From Octopus bimaculoides (Eukaryota), in contig NC_068984.1 in assembly GCF_001194135.2 (NCBI RefSeq), forward strand, positions 125,764,392-125,824,143: a stretch of DNA of 59,752 nt, written 5' to 3'. Every line of letters begins with the position of its first letter. Position 1 is the first letter of the stretch. This document shows positions 46,099 to 56,329 of this stretch, piece by piece. A model generated the notes under the pieces. That model saw only the letters and a list, made by a program, of their open reading frames with translations. It ran no database searches and was not told the DNA's origin. The translations under genes were made by a program, and so were the position numbers.

Positions 46099-46660
46099 TT
46101 AAACGCACATTCTTGCAATATCAGCATTATTTCTGTACGTCTTGAACGTAAGACAAATAAGTTTAAGAGACGGATGTTCGTATGTGAAAATCATTGCTTC
46201 TTGACTGGTTGTTGAAAGTGTGTGAGAATTGCTCCTACGATTCCTGAAGTTGTGCGTGTTATTAAAATTAGAATTAAACGAAATCAGATCTACATTAGCA
46301 GAATTTGTTATTGGTATTAAGCGTGTATTAGAACCATTACTCATTGCACAAGCTAACATGTATGTTGTTTTATTGAATTTTTTGTCTGCGTATAATATAT
46401 TCGCAACATCCTTATTATTTATACAATCAGCAAAGTTAGTTTTCTTTTTATCATTCCAACGAATATCTCTCGTTGGTTACCTAGCGCCATCAAGCAAATA
46501 ATACTTTATTTTCGATTAGTAAAGTAGTTGCTGATGCTGCTAAAACAACACATGCTTTCATTACAGCATCATTATCACTGGTCGGCTGTACAACTGATAA
46601 ATTCGTTACCTTATTTCCGCCCATATCTAATTTATCTTTAGTAGTATATTTTACATCTCC
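46099..46660 (-). pseudogene. Decayed gene with two phage/Polinton fibre-type repeats (D-L-D-M-G-G-N-K-I-T-N-L motif)
   Basis: Minus translation KDKLDMGGNKVTNLSVVQPTSDNDAVMKACV, then after a frameshift YLLDGAR*PTRDIRWNDKKKTNFADCINNKDVANILYADKK, opening into a 126-codon stop-free Asn-rich frame (46476-46099). Confidence 0.55.
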
Positions 46661-47102
46661 TTAGTAATTAATCTACTGAAAAGACTGAGATGTCAACTCT
46701 TCTTCAAAGAATGTAAACTTGTCTGAATAGACCTTTAAAACTGTGTTTTCTAAACTGTAAACTCTTGCGCAGATTTCAAGAGATACAAAAGATTAATCTT
46801 TGTCATTGTAAGATGAGGGGAGATGAAGTGTTATTTCAGTTACCAGTATAGTTTAAAATAAATCAATATAATTTCTGTCTGGAACATTGAAGTTCTCGAA
46901 AGCAGAGCTGGCTGGTTGTTGACCGCATAAATATTGTTATGTTAGGAGTTTGTAATTGTTTTTACTGTAAAGAAAAAAATGGTATGGACACCAATAGTAC
47001 CTACTGCTTCACTAAACGAAATCTTTGTAGGTTAATCTTTATCGAATGAACTGAAGTCGTTTTGCTGGGCCTGAAAGAAATTTGGCAAATCACAAGAGTA
47101 AC

Positions 47103-47400
47103 GTTATACGACAGGGATCATAGCTCGGAGACCAGTGAGTCACTCCTGGTTGAGTTCCTCCTACACATTGAGCGGTCACAGTTCCAGTAGAACGGACATA
47201 TGATTAGAATATTGCAGGAAAGAATTGCAAGACGGATTCTTCAAGCAGAGCCGACAAGCAGGAGCCGACTAGGAATAGGCTAAGAACGAGATGGTTGAAT
47301 AATATCCATAGTTTCAGTTGGTCACATTTGGGAATCTAGCAGGAAAATGTATGGTGGTTGCTTCTGACAGGTCCTCATGGAGGAAGTGCCCGAGGAAAAG
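47103..47400 (+). mobile_element. RTE-clade (Rex3/Expander-like) LINE 3' coding relic
   Basis: LYDRDHSSE..LLVEFLLHIERSQFQ*NGHMIR..RIARRILQAEPT..RTRWLN..LGI..VASDRSSWR matches the consensus LRDRVRSS..LGVEPLLLHIERSQLRW.GH..RTRW. Confidence 0.75.
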
Positions 47401-47999
47401 AAGGATGGATTATATGTACTGTTGTTTTGTCATTGAAAGCACTGGAGATAACCCCACCACTTTGTTACATACATATATGTTCAATGTTACTTTATGGTTA
47501 AATTATCATTTAATAAATTGGCCTGCTGCAAAACCAGCATAAATCTTAATTGTAGCGTCTTGATTAATAATTGAATTTACGACATAAATTTTATTGTTGC
47601 CCGTGTCTAGAGAACGTGTTGCTGTGTTTGTTCCATCTGTCGGTAGAAAATTTAGATTAACATAACTTAGTGAAACTCGAAAAATTATTGCATTTTACTT
47701 GCGCAGAGTCACGGCCAAATTTATCTACTGGCATATTTTATAACATAATAGCTTATAAATTTATTTCTGTAAATCTGTTATTTATAAAATCTTTAACGCT
47801 TGTTGAACTTAATATGTGGAAGAAAGGTTATTATGTAATCTAAATGCTGACATTTCTGATGAGGATAAGAGTATTTTATATGTGGTTTAAATATGTTGCA
47901 TGAAACTGTTAAATGCTAGAGTCACTTCTCATCCATCAGCAATATTATCATCATCTGTTGCTATGGTTATGCAAAATGACTCGTGAATGAATGTGGTAG

Positions 48000-48055
48000 G
48001 TGGATATTGCGTGGAAGCCCGCCGTATATGTGTGTGTGTGNNNNNNNNNNTAAAA

Positions 48056-48087
<32 letters not shown>

Positions 48088-48300
48088 AAAGTGTGTGTGT
48101 ATAAAAGTGTGTGTGTGTGTGTGTAAAAGTATGTGTGTGTGTGTGTGTAAAAGTGTGTGTGTGTGTGTGTGTGTGTGTTCGTCACCAATCTTCCACCGCT
48201 TGACAACTGATGTTAGTTCTGAGACCAGTTTGTTCAACTAAAACCCTTTAAGGTCGTACCCTAGCATGGCTACAGTTCAGTGACTGAAACAAGTAAACGA
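48000..48300 (+). mobile_element. SINE-C 3' part with an expanded internal (TG)/(TAAAAGTG) tract
   Basis: gaagcccgccgtatatgtg..., then ccaccgcttgacaactgatg...ctagcatggctacagttcagtgactgaaacaagtaaa. Confidence 0.8.
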
Positions 48301-48559
48301 CAAGACGGTATTTTGGAGCGGTTCTTAGATATCTTCATGTATAAGCTTTTTACAATATGACATTGCTGAGAGATTTTTTTCAGAATTCATCGCTTGTTTC
48401 CTAAAAACCCCATGGTATGTCACCCATATCCCCTGATGCACGTTTTTGGAGCTTGTTTCTGACCCATGTTTCTTAGGTTCGCCATCACTGTTGTAAGATT
48501 AATTTCCTCTTCGGAACGTTAAAGTACACGTAGAGACTACTCTGTTGGGACAGGTTACG

Positions 48560-49960
48560 ATTAAGGCTATAACAAGATTTTAGGTAAGGGTTAAAGTTGT
48601 ATTTAATGTATATGTTTACAGTTTCGAATTTAGCTTTAAGAATAATCTAAACATCTGAGTGGGCGTTAAGTTTAGACTTAAATTTGAGCTGGATTAGGAT
48701 TAGTTAAGTGTTAGGATTAGCTTTAGGACTGGAGTTAAGTTTATGTTTAGGTTTAGAGTTATTATTACTATCAGGTTATAGTTCGGTTTATAATCAGGGT
48801 TTAAGTTACTGATTTAATTTGAGATTAGTCCAGGGAGAATTTAGGCTTTAGAGATCGTGTTAGGGTAAAGATTAATGTTAGAGTAGGCCTAGGATGAGTA
48901 TTTTTCCATACTTAATGTTAGGCTTAATTTATTGTTCCTATTAAGGTTAAATTCAGTGTTAGGTTTGTTTAGGACAACGATTTAGTTTAGAGATAGGCTT
49001 ATGATTAGATTAAGGGTTTAGGTTTACATTTAGAGCGATAATGAGTTAGGTTTAGGCTTAGGCTTAATCTTAGACTTAAGCTTGAGATTAAGTATAGATT
49101 ATGGTTTATAATTAGGTTAAATTTAGTGTTAGTGTTAGGGTTAGTGTTAGTCATAGACTTAAGGTTAAGTTTAGTGATAACGTTAGAATTTCGAATTAGT
49201 GTATAGGTTAGCAGTAGGCTTAGAGAAAAGATTAGGATTAAGTTTAGGGTTTGGGTTGGATTAATTTTAGAATTAAAATTAGAGTTAAGGCTCTTGGTAA
49301 GGCCTGGCTTAGGTTTAGGGTTTAGTGTTAATGACAGGTTCAGTTTTAATGTTACAATAAGAGTAAAGGTTATGTTTAGGGTTAGCATTAGTATTAGGAT
49401 CAGGATTATGGTTAGAGATAGTGTTTGGGTTTAGAGCAGTGTTTCCCAACCTATTTTCCGCAATAACTTTCCAGAGTTATGTATGCTCCACCGGTAGTTG
49501 GACAAAAAAAAAACTTTATTTTAAATATTTCATAATTATATATTTTCCTTAAAGAAATATCCACACTAGAGCATTAGAAAAGTGCTATACTGTAGCAAAG
49601 CCTTCATACAGTATATTTGGTTAGGTTGAGTATAGGCGTAATATGTTTCCTGTGAAAAAAAGATTTTCACAATTCCATGTCCCACTAAAAAAAAAGATTA
49701 ATGTATTTCAGATCTCACGACCCATCACTATGCTCCCAGGCCTCACTGGTGGGGTGTATACCCCACGTTGGGTATCACTGGCTTAGAGTTAGGATTTAAG
49801 TTTGCGGATTTAGGTTTAAAGTTAGTGTGAGTGTTTAAGGTTAGGGTCAGCATTAAGAGCTATTTTTAGGAGTAGGTTTGAGGGTTTAGTATTAGATAAA
49901 GATTTATAGCTGCAGTTTCGAATTTAGAGTTTACTTTCAGTTTTATCTTGCGTTTAGTGT
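48560..49960. repeat. Degenerate telomere-like (TTAGGN)n hexamer array
   Basis: Strand-biased G/T tract of ttaggg/ttaggt/ttaggc/ttagag/ttaagg variants over about 1.4 kb. Confidence 0.85.
49437..49780. mobile_element. hAT (Charlie-like) MITE with 8-bp TSD inserted in the telomere-like array
   Basis: TIR cagtgtttcccaac / gttgggtatcactg; TSD gtttagag (49429-49436) / gcttagag (49781-49788). Confidence 0.9.
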
Positions 49961-50327
49961 CAGAGCTAATTTATGGGCGATACTGCTTTTATGTATATAA
50001 ATTAAGAAATAAAATACTCACCAGACTATTAAAATGCAAATTATTTTAGTTGGAAATGTGCTATCACCAAGTAAATAATATTGAAACATTATGAATTGTT
50101 AGATGCATCATATATTTTTCCATCCGTAATTTTTAAATGGTATTCTTATGGGGAAATGATATTCATTAAGTAGTTTGGTATAAAAATGGTGGAAAAATTA
50201 CTTTTTTATAGTTTTTGTATTCAACCATCAAAAGAAATTGTATATTATAAAAAAAATCACTTTTAAATGTATACTAGAGTATTATGTATGTATGTATATG
50301 AATGATGTGTGTATGTGTACGTATATG

Positions 50328-50329
<2 letters not shown>

Positions 50330-50412
<83 letters not shown>
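50330..50412. repeat. (TA)n microsatellite
   Basis: Direct reading. Confidence 0.99.
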
Positions 50413-50415
<3 letters not shown>

Positions 50416-50459
50416 GATATATGTATACATATATTTACGCACACACACGTATATATATA

Positions 50460-50940
50460 TATGCCTACCCACATACCACCACCCTCAGCCTAACCGACAT
50501 CACACCCTTGCTTTCCCTACTCTCGCCTCGCACACCTCCCAACACCATCACACCACACCACACATCACTACACCATACACCACTATACCACACCACACAC
50601 CACCACGTACACACCAGCACTGACCAATTCCCAGCCCCACATTGTCACACCTACACACACGCACACGTCAAGATCACCAGCCCTCTTCCACATGCACATA
50701 CAAACTCTCTTATACATACGCACATGCACATTCGATTTGGGATCACCACTACATTATTATCTCCCCTTCTCCCTAGCTCTCCTGTGTGACCCTTCGGTCC
50801 AGCATTCGCCATGATAGATCGCTACCCACTACACATTCGTTTTTTTTTCTCTCCTTGTTTCTTTCTGTGTTCCTTTCTGGGGAAGAGCGTAGGCTCGAAA
50901 CGTTAAAGACTTTTTCACTTCCCGAGCGTTATACTAATAC
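50460..50940 (+). mobile_element. Non-autonomous PLE-like repeat (CA-rich 5' part) with a minimal hammerhead variant (50873-50908)
   Basis: CTTT CTGGGGA A GAGC GTAG GCTC GAAAC GTT AAAG; homologous to 10908-11230. Confidence 0.65.
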
Positions 50941-51149
50941 NNNNNNNNNNNNNNNNNNNNNNNNNNNNNNNNNNNNNNNNNNNNNNNNNNNNNNNNNNNN
51001 NNNNNNNNNNNNNNNNNNNNNNNNNNNNNNNNNNNNNNNNNNNNNNNNNNNNNNNNNNNNNNNNNNNNNNNNNNNNNNNNNNNNNNNNNNNNNNNNNNNN
51101 NNNNNNNNNNTTACTTTTCGTAATGAGATAAAAAAAAACCTAAGGCTGT

Positions 51150-51470
51150 GTATAATATAGAACATTTATAAATAGAAGGTCTTACAGCTGTTTCCAGGAT
51201 ATTTATTATATCCCTTCATCGGAGACGGTGTGAGAGGATGGTTAAGCAATAGGTAGTTTAGATAAGATAGGAAATAGAGAGTGAATGTAGGGATATTGTA
51301 TTTGTAAATCCATTGTTTAGGCAGAATGGTATACATATAAGATTCCAATACCTGGTGAGTAAAATCCAATAGTCTTTAAGATTGGTCATTGCATTTGTAA
51401 ATCCATTATTAAGATTCCAATACCCTATGAGTAAAGTCCAACAGTCTTTGAAATTGGTCATTCCAAATAC
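51150..51470 (-). mobile_element. PLE-like 3' end: possible GIY-YIG C-terminal remnant (partly duplicated) followed by a hammerhead
   Basis: Minus translation KDYWILLTRYWNLICIPFCLN resembles the W(I)..L....P.GLN end of PLE endonucleases (weak); the hammerhead lies downstream on the same strand. Confidence 0.5.
51179..51226 (-). ncRNA. Minimal dimer-type hammerhead ribozyme motif (U4C core variant)
   Basis: GTCT CCGATGA A GGGATAT AATAA ATATCCT G GAAAC AGCT GT A AGAC: helix I GTCT/AGAC, 7-bp helix II, palindromic ACAGCTGT helix III, GUA triplet. Confidence 0.7.
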
Positions 51471-51537
51471 AGTGTTTATACACAGTGTTATTGAATCAAG
51501 GGCTCTTTTTAAAGTTGGGAAAATTGGGTAATTTTAG

Positions 51538-51651
51538 CCAATCAACAGACAGCGTGGCATTAGCAGCTTGTTACCATGACAACCACATGCTGTGTTGTGG
51601 TTCACTGTTGTCTGTGCCGCTGTTGTCTGTGTTGATTCTTCACACCACGTG
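51538..51651. promoter_or_regulatory. CCAAT + X-box-like + E-box motif cluster
   Basis: CCAAT 51538-51542, GTTACCATGACAAC 51570-51583, CACGTG 51646-51651; may belong to a repeat. Confidence 0.25.
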
Positions 51652-52136
51652 ACTCTTTTCAACCGCGTGTTTTGTTTTAATTTTTCTGTGTGTTAGTATA
51701 TTACATGTTTTTCTGTGCTTCTCTGTGTTTGTATTTTTCTGAGGTTAGTATTTTTACATATTTTTATTTCATATATTTTGGGGACTCATTGACTCAGATA
51801 GCTGGATTTATGATTTCACTAGATTAATTCTGTTCATAAAAATGTTAATTAGGAGTATTTCTTAAACCGTTAGCTTCGCATTTCAACAGCTTAACTGAAA
51901 TTTAGCCCACGTAACAGGAACTGAGAGGGATATTGTGGAACAGAGAAACTGTGGGTGATACAGATAATTTGACATTATTTTAAAATTCTGCATGCAAAAA
52001 CATACGAGATACAGGCATTCTTTTCTATGGGAAAATTCTCTGTTGAACAGTGTTATTCTTATCGTAGTTTACAAATCCTAACATGAAAACGTTACTCAAC
52101 TTTGGAATTTTGGAGACAGACGTCCCTTCACATACA

Positions 52137-52167
<31 letters not shown>

Positions 52168-52755
52168 GCGCACACACACACATGAATGCATAAATGTACA
52201 TATAAACTTATATGTGAATACATACATCCACATGCACTTATATATTAATGATGTACACAAATACATGACAGGTATACATAATATACATAAAGTAAACACA
52301 TGCAGACAAATATATTAATATAACAAATTTTTAAAATTAATAAGACCATACAATCAGTGAAGAGACAAAAGAAACAGTAAGATGATACATGTTGATTTTA
52401 TTAGATATTTCTGTTTATTTAGAAACCTACAATGAACAGGTCAGACGCTAAACTCTTAAATTTCACAGAATACAACCTTAAAGTTGACACCCCTCCGCTA
52501 AACGTAGAAAATTTCTGTCTCGCTATTGGCTAAAAATATACAGTTTTTATGATTTTGAAACCTCTGTAACTTTTTTCTCGAATTTCTTTCTCCACAACAT
52601 CAAACCTTCAAAGCAATGAGACTGGAAGGCTACAGTATTATAGCCGATTTTCTGATGTTTTACTGTCTTTTAAAAAATGCATATTTTGAGAATGAAAAAA
52701 CTAGATCCCATATACACATGCACGTACATACACAGGCACATACATACATATGTGC

Positions 52756-52797
<42 letters not shown>

Positions 52798-52836
52798 TGC
52801 ATGCATTTATGTATGTATGCATTTATGTATGTATAC

Positions 52837-52883
<47 letters not shown>

Positions 52884-53009
52884 NNNNNNNNNNNNNNNNN
52901 NNNNNNNNNNNNNNNNNNNNNNNNNNNNNNNNNNNNNNNNNNNNNNNNNNNNNNNNNNNNNNNNNNNNNNNNNNNNNNNNNNNNNNNNNNNNNGTGTGTG
53001 TGTGTGTGT

Positions 53010-53092
53010 ATGATAGGTACTTGTCCAAGGTGTCGTGCAATGGGACTGAACCCAAGTGGTCGCAGAGTGAGCTTCTTAACCACACAGCCATG
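53010..53092 (-). mobile_element. SINE-C head fragment
   Basis: acttgtccaaggtgtcgtgcaatgggactgaaccc...ttaaccacacagccatgc. Confidence 0.8.
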
Positions 53093-53687
53093 CATTCCTT
53101 TGAAATTCCCAAAATATGCTTGAGAGGAATGCCGGAAAGAAATGTTCTTTTGGAATATGAAGATTTATATCCAGTATTATTTACAATACTTGCAGTTGTT
53201 TCGGGTGTGCTTATACATATACCGCAGTCATTAAGATTTGGAAAAACTATCAAGATATTTAAGAAAGCAGCTCAAACATGGTTGCTCCCAGTCTTAGGCA
53301 AACCATTGATTTAATTTGCTGTCAGACCAATTGATACGTGATATTAACTAAGTAAATGTATGACTGTATTATTTGTAAATGCTGTTGTATTAGCTGTATG
53401 TACTGTACCATCTGCCATCGTGAAACGACCTTCGATGATCCGTTAACTTTCGCTGGGATATACAAACAAATCTTGCGTTTTTATATTGATTCTAACCTCA
53501 TTGAGGTTGTTGAGATTTGAGCGAGACACAAGCTGGTATTTATGATATTCACGCTCTGCAATATTCTCATCAGTCATCGAATTTTACTTGATGTTGTAAA
53601 ATATCCATATTTTATAAGTACAAAATATTTTGCTTGAAGTATTTTATTAATAACCTTAATTTTTAAACGTGTAATATACACACAGTG

Positions 53688-53890
53688 CAGGCGTGTGGCT
53701 TGGTGGTTATGGTGTCAGCCTTATGATCGTAAGATTGTAGTTTCGATTCCTGGATCGGGCGACGCGTTGTGTTCTTGAGCCAAACACTTCATTTCACGTT
53801 GCTCCAGTCCACTCAGCTGGGGAACATATACGCCATTGAAACCGGGAAACCGGACCCATGAGCCTGGCTAGGCTTTAAAAGGGCGCCTTT
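53688..53890 (+). mobile_element. SINE with B2 head/CORE-like domain and alternative tail T2
   Basis: gtgttcttgagccaaacacttcatttcacgttgctccagtccactcagctgg, then atatacgccattgaaaccgggaaacc...ggctaggctttaaaagggcg. Confidence 0.85.
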
Positions 53891-54004
53891 ATTTTATTAT
53901 TAATATACACACAAGGTAAAAACTGAACAAAAGCCTCGTTTACGTCGATAAAAGAATAAACAATTAAATTCTATTTCGTTTTGTTTCTTTAAATCAACAT
54001 TCAT

Positions 54005-54325
54005 ATTTTACTTGTTTCAGTCACAGGGATGCAGTTATGTTGTGGCATCGCCTTGAAAGGATTAGTCGAACAAATTGACACTTGTACTTTTTTAAAGTCT
54101 GATACTTATTTTATGGATTTCTTTTGCCGAACCGTTAGATTACGGGTGTGAAGTAAACAAACCAACACTGATTGTGAAGCGGTAGGGTAGACAGACACAC
54201 ATAGATACGTACATAAGGTCCGGTGTTATAGTAGAAGACACTTGCTCAAGGTGCCAGTCTGTGGAACTGAACCCGGAACAATGTGGTTGGGAAGTAAACT
54301 TTTACCACTCAGCCATGCCTGCACC
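54005..54325 (-). mobile_element. SINE-C with an internal deletion
   Basis: ttttacttgtttcagtca tail; gaagacacttgctcaaggtgcc...gaactgaacccggaac head. Confidence 0.85.
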
Positions 54326-54511
54326 TTACTTTAAAACTCTTTCTATTTTTAGAAAAAATTTGTTTCCAAATACCAAAACACTCTCATGGAATCCCTACGT
54401 AGTAGCTCAATCAGCTAGAAATGGTAACCAAACTTTTCTCAACTCGTCACTCTTCTACCTTAAAAAAGGGAAGTTTACTTGAACTAACATAGTTCCAGAA
54501 ACACTGTATAC

Positions 54512-54825
54512 GAAAGCACGTGGCTTAGTGGTTAGAGTATTCAGTACGTGGCTTAGTGGTTACGGATATTCAGCTCATGTTCGTAAGGTCGTGAGTTCAA
54601 TTCCCGGCAGTGCGTTTCGTCTTTGGCACGTTTCGTCCACTCAGCTGGCAACAATGAGTTCTACCTGTAATTCATAGGAGCCAGCCTTGTCACATTCTTT
54701 ATCACGCTGAATCTCCCTGAGACCTACGATAAGGGGCATGCATGCCTGTGGAATGCTCAGCCACTTGAACGTTAATTTCACGAACAGGCTGTTCTGTTGA
54801 TCGGATCAGATGGAACCCTCGTCGT
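54512..54825 (+). mobile_element. SINE-B2 with a duplicated head start
   Basis: cgtggcttagtggtta repeated at 54519 and 54547; tail T1 truncated at ggaaccctcgtcgt. Confidence 0.88.
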
Positions 54826-54853
54826 GCAATAGGACTGAACCCAAAACAACGAC

Positions 54854-54944
54854 GTGGTCGCAGAGTGAGCTTCTTAACCACACAGCCATGCATTCCTTTG
54901 AAATTCCCAAAATATGCTTGAGAGGAATGCCGGAAAGAAATGTT
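54854..54944 (+). repeat. 91-bp exact direct duplicate of 53056-53146
   Basis: Base-by-base identical, including non-SINE flank ttcctttgaaattcccaaaatatgcttgagaggaatgccggaaagaaatgtt. Confidence 0.95.
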
Positions 54945-55814
54945 AAGACACTCGTCTTAGGTGTCACGCAGTTGGACTGAACCCGAAGCCACGTGGTAAT
55001 GAAACAAAGTTCTTGCCACACACGCAACAAACATTGAAATGTCTTCGACTGTATTTTAATCATCCGCATACTCCGTTTTTTTTTTCAGAGACCCTAATGC
55101 TACAACGTCCCTTTTTAAAGGATCCGTTATCTTTAACAATGATATTGTCCTTTTTAAAAGTAGAAAATGTTTCTATATTAGTATCAACTTATAAAGATCT
55201 TGTTTCAAAACGAAAATCTCTTAGCCATCCCATCATTATCTTTAATTTTGTTTGCGCCAATCTTTACAAGTAACTTACGCATCAATGTAAGAATCTATAC
55301 AAGATCGTTATACATGTTAGATATAGTACACAAATATGCCTCAAATAGCAGCCAGCCAGCTTTGAAAGATGTGATGGTTATACACGATGATCTAATCGTA
55401 GATCAATCCCAAATAGACAGGATGGTGACACCTGGATTGTTTGTTCAAAGATCAGTTATTCAGATATCAAGTTGGACCTAAAGCAACATTGTTTTTATCT
55501 TCTACTTGGGGATAAGTTTGTGTCCAAAACCCTTTACAAGCCCTCGAAACTGGATGGTAGGAGAGCGAAGGTATCTTCAAACTTGTGACCTAACTTGAAT
55601 GCTTGCCAAAGAATGGAATCCGTAAAGATACCCAAGATGCCAAATGGTGGGTGTTAAACCGGCCAATGAATCATGCCTATCACACATGTAAACCTCGGTA
55701 GGATTTGAACTCAAAAGGCAAAGAGCCAGAATTAATTGTACGAGGGATCTGGTACTACGTTCTTATAATCCACTGCCCTAGGTTGGAACTTCTTATTGAC
55801 ACTGAAAGAATGAA

Positions 55815-56128
55815 AAGCAAAGTTGACATCGAAGGTAAAGTTATCTTGAGGTAAAGTTATCTTGAGGTAAAGTTGATATCGAGACGAAGGTTGACCTCCA
55901 AAATTGACCTTGAAGGCGAATTTAATCTCAAGTCAAAGATGACCTCTAAAATTAACCTTGAATACTAAGTTGACTTCCAGGCGAAAATGACCTCCAAAAT
56001 TGATCACGAGGGCAAAGTTCATCTTAAAGTAAAGTCTACCTCCAAAATTGATCTCGAAGGGAAAGTTGACGACGAAGCGAAGTTAATCTTGGGGCGATGT
56101 TGACTTCGAGGTGAGTTGATCTCAAGAT
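55815..56128. repeat. Degenerate ~12-18-bp minisatellite derived from the SINE-A core motif
   Basis: Units such as aaagttgacatcgaaggt / aaagttgatatcgagacg / aaggttgacctcc directly continue a minus-strand SINE-A core (gaaagaatgaaaagcaaagttgac). Confidence 0.75.
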
Positions 56129-56329
56129 GGAGTGTTCAAATTTATTTTGTGAAGTCAAATTAAACTTCATCTGTCTTTCAATACCTCAACGGAATATTTA
56201 AGGAGGTGGATACTGGCCGAATCAACTATTCATCAAAGACGGTGTTAGACTAACAAAAGGTTAAAAAAGAAATATTGACCTAAAGCTAGAAGTTAAATAA
56301 CAACACCAACAACAGCAGCAATACATAAA

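Noticed and set aside
55200-55481. 93-aa ORF
   Set aside because: Its 3' part overlaps a diverged interspersed-repeat tail (related to about 39770-39850); no recognisable domain.
55815-56128. Regularly spaced repeats considered as a CRISPR-like array (also 21590-21700)
   Set aside because: No unique spacers, units are degenerate, and the context is eukaryotic; these are minisatellites.
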